From a virus (taxonomy: Duplodnaviria; Caudoviricetes), in the IMG/VR virus record IMGVR_UViG_3300028738_000008: a stretch of 64,000 bases of DNA. One strand, written 5' to 3'. Of this stretch, positions 59,062 through 64,000 are shown one piece after another; within the stretch, counting starts at the first letter, position 1, and each line of letters begins with the position of its first letter. Under the pieces are notes generated by a model that saw only the letters and a program-made list of their open reading frames with translations, had not been told where the DNA came from and ran no database searches. The position numbers and the translations under genes are program-made.

Positions 59062-60762
59062 ATGGATATAAATAGAGAGTTGGTAAACAGTTTAGCTGTG
59101 AATATAGATATCTGCGATAGCGGATCATGGAACTTCGGTAATGAATACATTATTAAGAGTATTAATGGCTTAAGTAATGTAACTGTAAATGCATTAACTT
59201 TACCTGATTTTGGCTTAACTGCAATCGACAATGGTAGAGTTTCACATATTGGCGATGGTTTCTACATTGATCCGTCAGACAATAAAATGATTATGGATCG
59301 TGTTGGGTATTATTCAGTATCTGGCGATAGTATTAACTATGACGGTTACGAGTTAAATGCCGTAACAGGAACATCTGTTGGTAACTACATGAGCTTGGTA
59401 AACGGCTATTTTCAAGGCTTTTTCAAGCTGGACGGCTATGACTACGAATTACTTCCATCGAGATATAATGATGGCATCACAATTGAAACGCTAATCGAAA
59501 TACTTCCCCAAAGTGCTGGCATATTTTACCTAATGGGCTTAAGAGCAGAGGATAAATATTCACAGGCATATTTCGGAGAAACTATAACCGTTAGTGGCAC
59601 GACAATACTATACAACGCAAAAGAAACTGGCTATACCTATACTTTATCTGGTATAACTACATCCAAATTACATTATCTTGCTGGATATGATAAGCTTGAC
59701 GCAACATACACATCATTTAGACAGCCAGAAGAATACGCTGTCGTTGTTGATATTGACACAATGCAAATTGATAACATCAAGAATAATATAATTGCTTTCG
59801 AAATTACTTCTGATAAACGAATCGGAATACGATATGTCAATGCACAGGGCAATGTGATGTATGTTGTATCACCGAATATTATTAGCAGAATCGGATGGTC
59901 TTTAATAGATATCGTCTTCACTCCTGATAGCATAATTCAGAATTATGATCCGAATAAAGCACAATGCTATGCTCAAAGAAAGGGAACGTTAAGCATTTAT
60001 ATCAATGGTGGCTTATTCTGGGGAATATCTGATTTCGATGAATTCTATTTTAGAGGATTGAAAAATGACGATGAAAAACAATTGGGTGTACCATATAATA
60101 TAAGCTGGGGTGGCGGATCATTCGGATTGAAACATTCGTTACATTATACTGACTTTGATAAGACTTCTTTAACTCTTGACCCATCGAAATACGATCAACT
60201 TATCGAACACAATTTCAATAGTTCTTATATCGGTAATATTCAGAAGCTTAGAATTTATAATAAGGCATTAGCAAATAATGAGGTTAGACAAAATGCCATT
60301 ATTTTAGCGTTATCCAATTCGGCTTATGATCTCTCTGTAATAAATGGCGGTAGATTAATCAGACGATTAAATCAGCCAGTAACATTTACACAGATAAATG
60401 CAGGCTCAGATATTAGAAAGTCTATAAAATACAGGAATATTGACGGTACATATAAAAATTTATCGGATATGCTTGATATAAAGGTCGTAATTAAGAGTAG
60501 AAATAACCCAAGCGTTGAGTTGGCTAAATATAAGAAAGCTTCTGAGGCTGGATGGAGACCATTAATATATGTTAATGATTTCATCTATGACTTTATTGTT
60601 CCGAATGAGATCACGTCGCCGCATAGCAATGAGATATTGTTCGCAGAGATAAAATTTCAATGGACAGATATTAGCGATATTGATGATGGTATATTTGATA
60701 GAATATTTGTTATTAATATTACAAATATAGAATTAAACGATAACAGTGTTAAAAATTATTAA
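59062..60762 (+). CDS. Virion structural protein with LamG/ConA-like domain
   Basis: GWSLIDIVF...LSIYING...GNIQKLRIYNKAL..EVRQN. Confidence 0.6.
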   Translation: MDINRELVNSLAVNIDICDSGSWNFGNEYIIKSINGLSNVTVNALTLPDFGLTAIDNGRVSHIGDGFYIDPSDNKMIMDRVGYYSVSGDSINYDGYELNAVTGTSVGNYMSLVNGYFQGFFKLDGYDYELLPSRYNDGITIETLIEILPQSAGIFYLMGLRAEDKYSQAYFGETITVSGTTILYNAKETGYTYTLSGITTSKLHYLAGYDKLDATYTSFRQPEEYAVVVDIDTMQIDNIKNNIIAFEITSDKRIGIRYVNAQGNVMYVVSPNIISRIGWSLIDIVFTPDSIIQNYDPNKAQCYAQRKGTLSIYINGGLFWGISDFDEFYFRGLKNDDEKQLGVPYNISWGGGSFGLKHSLHYTDFDKTSLTLDPSKYDQLIEHNFNSSYIGNIQKLRIYNKALANNEVRQNAIILALSNSAYDLSVINGGRLIRRLNQPVTFTQINAGSDIRKSIKYRNIDGTYKNLSDMLDIKVVIKSRNNPSVELAKYKKASEAGWRPLIYVNDFIYDFIVPNEITSPHSNEILFAEIKFQWTDISDIDDGIFDRIFVINITNIELNDNSVKNY

Positions 60763-60765
60763 ATT

Positions 60766-61116
60766 ATGGGAACTATGTCTGGAGATTTAATATTGAGTGA
60801 TAGTCATGAGAATGTATTAGAGTTTGTTGATATTATGCCAGTATCTTCTGGTATGCGTGACGGAAATTCAGGTATTATTATTATTAGTAATAGCCCAAAT
60901 ACAGAAATGCAAATAAGTCCAGTGCATTATTTCAGATTTGAACAAAGTATTCCCTCAGATATCTGGCACATATTGCATACTATGAATAAAAAGCCATCGG
61001 TAACAATCACAGATAGTGCTGGATCAGTTGTTGAGGGAGCTATACAATATATTGATAATTATAATATTATCGTAACATTTTCAGCTGGTTTCAGTGGATT
61101 TGCTGAACTAAATTAA
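60766..61116 (+). CDS. Small tail/fibre-associated protein
   Basis: WHILHTMNKKPSVTITDSAG...VTFSAGFSG.A.LN pattern seen in phage tail proteins. Confidence 0.6.
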   Translation: MGTMSGDLILSDSHENVLEFVDIMPVSSGMRDGNSGIIIISNSPNTEMQISPVHYFRFEQSIPSDIWHILHTMNKKPSVTITDSAGSVVEGAIQYIDNYNIIVTFSAGFSGFAELN

Positions 61117-61151
61117 AAATAATACATGAAAAAATAAAACAAGAAATACTT

Positions 61152-62435
61152 ATGGCAAAAAGAGATTATCTATTTGATATTGATTTAAATAAAAATCAAT
61201 TATTGAATCTCAAATTACAAAATTTAGCTACGCACCCAACATTAACTATTAATGATGCTGGCTTTACCTACTGGAATACAGCTGATAAATTGGCATATAA
61301 TTGGACTGGCACTGCATGGATCGCTGGTGGTACAGGCACAAATCTTACAAATACGCCGACGCCAACAGGTATCACTATTAATAGTAGTACTGGCTCTGGC
61401 ACTGTGTTGCCTGTTGCTGATACCATAAATGCTGGATTATTATCTAAAGCATTGTATGATAGATTAATGGGCACAGTTCTATCTAATGATTATGGTGCAT
61501 ACTCAGTTTTGGCGAAACAGGCTGCGAGTATGAGTGCTATCACATTACCTGTAAATAGCATATTGGGTAGAATTGCTGGAGATATTCAAGCCATTTTAAT
61601 TGATTCGGATTTAACAACTGTTAGTGCTAGTGATGACACTTTAGCAACAGCTAAAGCAATTAAAACTTATATAGATAGTGTTGTGACTGGTGCGTTAGTC
61701 TATCAGTCAGGATACGATGCTGCCGCCAACTCCCCAATGCTCGACTCAACTCCAATAACAGGGATAACTAAAGGCTGGACATATACTGTTACAACCAATG
61801 GCACATTTTTTACTGAGCCTGTTCAGGTCGGCGATATGATCATTGCTGAAGTGAATTCTCCCACAACATTATCCGATTGGACATTGGTAAATAAAAATAT
61901 ACCTGACATTGTATCAGCAAGTGAAGGTGCTCAAGGTATTATTGCGATTGCTACGGCTTTAGAGGTCGCTGCTGCTGTTGATACATCAAAAGCAATAGTT
62001 CCATCAAAACTTAGCAGCGTTTCAACTCTAGGTACTATAACAACAGGTACGTGGCATGGTACTATTATTGATCCTACCTATGGCGGCACAGGTATTAATA
62101 ATGGTGCAAAAACTATAACTGTTAAAGGAAATCTAACTTTAAGTGGATCGTCAGACACTATTATTAATACCACAGATACTACAAATATAACATTACCGAC
62201 AGCAGGTATATTAACAGCAAAATATGCAACAACCATTTCTGGCAATAATGTGACAACAACATTTACCATAACGCATGGCTTAAAAACCTTAGATATTGTT
62301 GCATCCGTTTTAAATGCATCCACATTGGCTAAAGTTGAGGTGAGTGAAACAATTACAGATTTAAACACATTGACGCTTAATTTTAATAATGCACCTTTGA
62401 ATGGGGTTGCTTATAGGGTTATCGTTGTTGGATAA
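61152..62435 (+). CDS. Tail fibre-like protein
   Basis: Thr/Gly-rich; YQSGYDAAANSP...VGDMIIA module; LGTITTGTWHGT motif; C-terminal FTITHGL. Confidence 0.7.
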   Translation: MAKRDYLFDIDLNKNQLLNLKLQNLATHPTLTINDAGFTYWNTADKLAYNWTGTAWIAGGTGTNLTNTPTPTGITINSSTGSGTVLPVADTINAGLLSKALYDRLMGTVLSNDYGAYSVLAKQAASMSAITLPVNSILGRIAGDIQAILIDSDLTTVSASDDTLATAKAIKTYIDSVVTGALVYQSGYDAAANSPMLDSTPITGITKGWTYTVTTNGTFFTEPVQVGDMIIAEVNSPTTLSDWTLVNKNIPDIVSASEGAQGIIAIATALEVAAAVDTSKAIVPSKLSSVSTLGTITTGTWHGTIIDPTYGGTGINNGAKTITVKGNLTLSGSSDTIINTTDTTNITLPTAGILTAKYATTISGNNVTTTFTITHGLKTLDIVASVLNASTLAKVEVSETITDLNTLTLNFNNAPLNGVAYRVIVVG

Positions 62436-62458
62436 TATCAGTATTTATTTTTAAAACT

Positions 62459-62656
62459 ATGAGCGAGAAACAAATATTTGAAGACCTGAATATTGACGGA
62501 GACGTTAAGAGTGATAATTTCATTCGAAAAAATGGAACGGCTTCACAGTTTTTAAAGGCTGACGGTAGTATAGATGATAACACATATCTTACAGCTGGCA
62601 GCGGATCGGGAATTAGCGAAACATTAGCAATTGCTTACAGCATTGCATTGGGATAA
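62459..62656 (+). CDS. Small fibre-related protein
   Basis: GTASQFLKADGS motif of fibre repeats; AGTATTTATT upstream. Confidence 0.55.
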   Translation: MSEKQIFEDLNIDGDVKSDNFIRKNGTASQFLKADGSIDDNTYLTAGSGSGISETLAIAYSIALG

Positions 62657-62668
62657 AACACATTATAA

Positions 62669-63235
62669 ATGAAACTACGTATAGATAATTATTTATTTGA
62701 TAAAAATGCAAAAACAATAACATTTACAGACTATGCATCTGTGGATATAAGCGGAATATTATTGATAACAAATGTTGTTGATAACATTATTATTTATAAC
62801 TTTGCCAATAACTTGCTTGGAGGCACTGTTGTAAATAATGTTTTAACATTAACATATAACACATCTGGAATGTCTAACACCGATAGTTTGCAGATTTTTT
62901 ATGATGATGGGAATTCAGCTGCATTGGCGGCATTGCAATTAACATTGAATACAATGCTGGATAATGATAATGCTCTTGCAAGACAAATACTTCAGCTACT
63001 CAGACCATTAGGCGTTACAGTTGGGGGTACTGGACGATTGAGTTTAGATGTGTTCAGTATAGGAACATTGCCAACATTAACAAATGTTACGACAGTCGGA
63101 ACTGTAACCAATTTAGGCGCAAGTGCAACATTAGCAACATTAACAAATCAAACCAATATTGGTGGATTAAATGCTTTAGACCAACAATTTAACATAGCAC
63201 ATATAGCATTTAATACATTGAGAAATTTAGTATAA
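62669..63235 (+). CDS. Hypothetical virion protein
   Basis: FDKNAKTITF...LLITNV..NIIIYNF...LTLTYNT...DSLQIFYD; operon context. Confidence 0.6.
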   Translation: MKLRIDNYLFDKNAKTITFTDYASVDISGILLITNVVDNIIIYNFANNLLGGTVVNNVLTLTYNTSGMSNTDSLQIFYDDGNSAALAALQLTLNTMLDNDNALARQILQLLRPLGVTVGGTGRLSLDVFSIGTLPTLTNVTTVGTVTNLGASATLATLTNQTNIGGLNALDQQFNIAHIAFNTLRNLV

Positions 63236-63250
63236 ATAAAAAATATAATT

Positions 63251-64000
63251 ATGACAATAAAAAAAGTTTGGGATACTCCATTATGGCTTCCGACTGCTCA
63301 ATTTAGAACAGCAACAAGTGCAACATCTTCGATGACGGTATCTAAAGATACGCTTGGAAGATATATATATTATCTTGCTGGCACATTATTTTATAAATAT
63401 GACACATGGAAAGATACTCATATTAAATTGGCTTCGCCACCTATCGCAGCTGTAACCGCATCATGTATTAAATTTACAGCCGATGATGGTTATAGAGGTA
63501 ATTGCTTATCTGGCGGTACAAATGTTATGAAAATTGCTGGATTAAATGGCGATATATTGGTGGGCGAAACTATAAAAATAATGCAAGGCAAAGGTGTTGG
63601 TCAGGAGAGAACTATAACTAATTCCACAGGTGTTAAGGTTGAAAAATCTGGCATTGTGACATCAGCTTCCGCAACATCTATAGGAGACACAACAAAAAAA
63701 TGGGAAATAAATCAATGGATCGGATATCAAGTACGAATCGTTGCAAATACTGGTTTGAGTCAGATTAGAAAGGTTTTATATAATGACGCAAGCACGTTGT
63801 ATTTTCAAGACCCGAATTATCAGCAGCTTGAAGTTTGGAATAATACAGCATTTTCAGCAACAGCACCTTACGCTTTACCTGCTTCAACGGCTGGTTCGCA
63901 ATCAAACTATTATATAGAATCATCTATTATCACAGTTGATTCTGACTGGACAGTTGTACCTGATGCGTCGTCATCTTATGTAGTAAAGGGTGGCGGAGTT
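63251..64000 (+). CDS. Virion protein, possibly beta-propeller, truncated by the window edge; absent from the ORF track
   Basis: Hand translation MTIKKVWDTPLWLPTAQFRT...RYIYYLAGTLFYKYDTW... open to position 64000. Confidence 0.8.
   Translation, partial: MTIKKVWDTPLWLPTAQFRTATSATSSMTVSKDTLGRYIYYLAGTLFYKYDTWKDTHIKLASPPIAAVTASCIKFTADDGYRGNCLSGGTNVMKIAGLNGDILVGETIKIMQGKGVGQERTITNSTGVKVEKSGIVTSASATSIGDTTKKWEINQWIGYQVRIVANTGLSQIRKVLYNDASTLYFQDPNYQQLEVWNNTAFSATAPYALPASTAGSQSNYYIESSIITVDSDWTVVPDASSSYVVKGGGV

Noticed and set aside
1-64000. Genome-wide TAG recoding (genetic code 15)
   Set aside because: Very long genes are open in the standard code and TAG ends dut, MCP and the chaperone at expected C-termini; only one credible internal TAG (31487) was found. 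The few TAG stops are followed soon by another stop, but that is expected in AT-rich DNA.
1-64000. Short antisense or nested ORFs in the track (for example 9956..10648, 11150..12172, 42954..43870, 56100..57781)
   Set aside because: They lie opposite or within well-supported genes and reflect codon bias of Ala/Gly- or Glu/Asp-rich proteins; no independent motifs or start signals.
1-64000. tRNA, rRNA genes or a diversity-generating retroelement
   Set aside because: No cloverleaf with T-loop GTTCRA pattern noticed, no reverse transcriptase, and no near-identical TR/VR pair among fibre genes; a tRNAscan-SE run would be needed to be certain.

Overview
AT-rich 64 kb segment of a large (jumbo-type) myovirus genome carrying most of a T4-like virion morphogenesis module scattered over both strands: terminase large subunit (with a 143-aa mini-intein), portal, prohead protease, scaffold, major capsid protein (MCP), neck proteins, tail sheath, tail tube, tape measure, tail chaperone, baseplate spike, hub/lysin and several fibre proteins. 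Interleaved are PhoH, three glycosyltransferases, a gp55-like sigma factor, dUTPase, ThyA, an SF1 helicase, a nucleotidyltransferase and two GIY-YIG homing-endonuclease genes. A-rich start contexts without Shine-Dalgarno motifs and a TTG-N20-TAnnTTTG promoter point to a Bacteroidota host (inference). Best leads: (1) three small genes in a probably early operon (30.0-31.7 kb) that look like fragments of the phage's own MCP, one with an in-frame TAG; (2) an unannotated -1 frameshift (T9C) in the tail chaperone; (3) a late-promoter-like motif TATTTATA, the reverse complement of the T4 late promoter; (4) a Hef-like/GIY-YIG chimera; (5) enzymes with head-protein-like N-termini that may be packaged. 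No tRNA, rRNA or CRISPR array was seen. All family assignments come from motif recognition by eye, not database searches.
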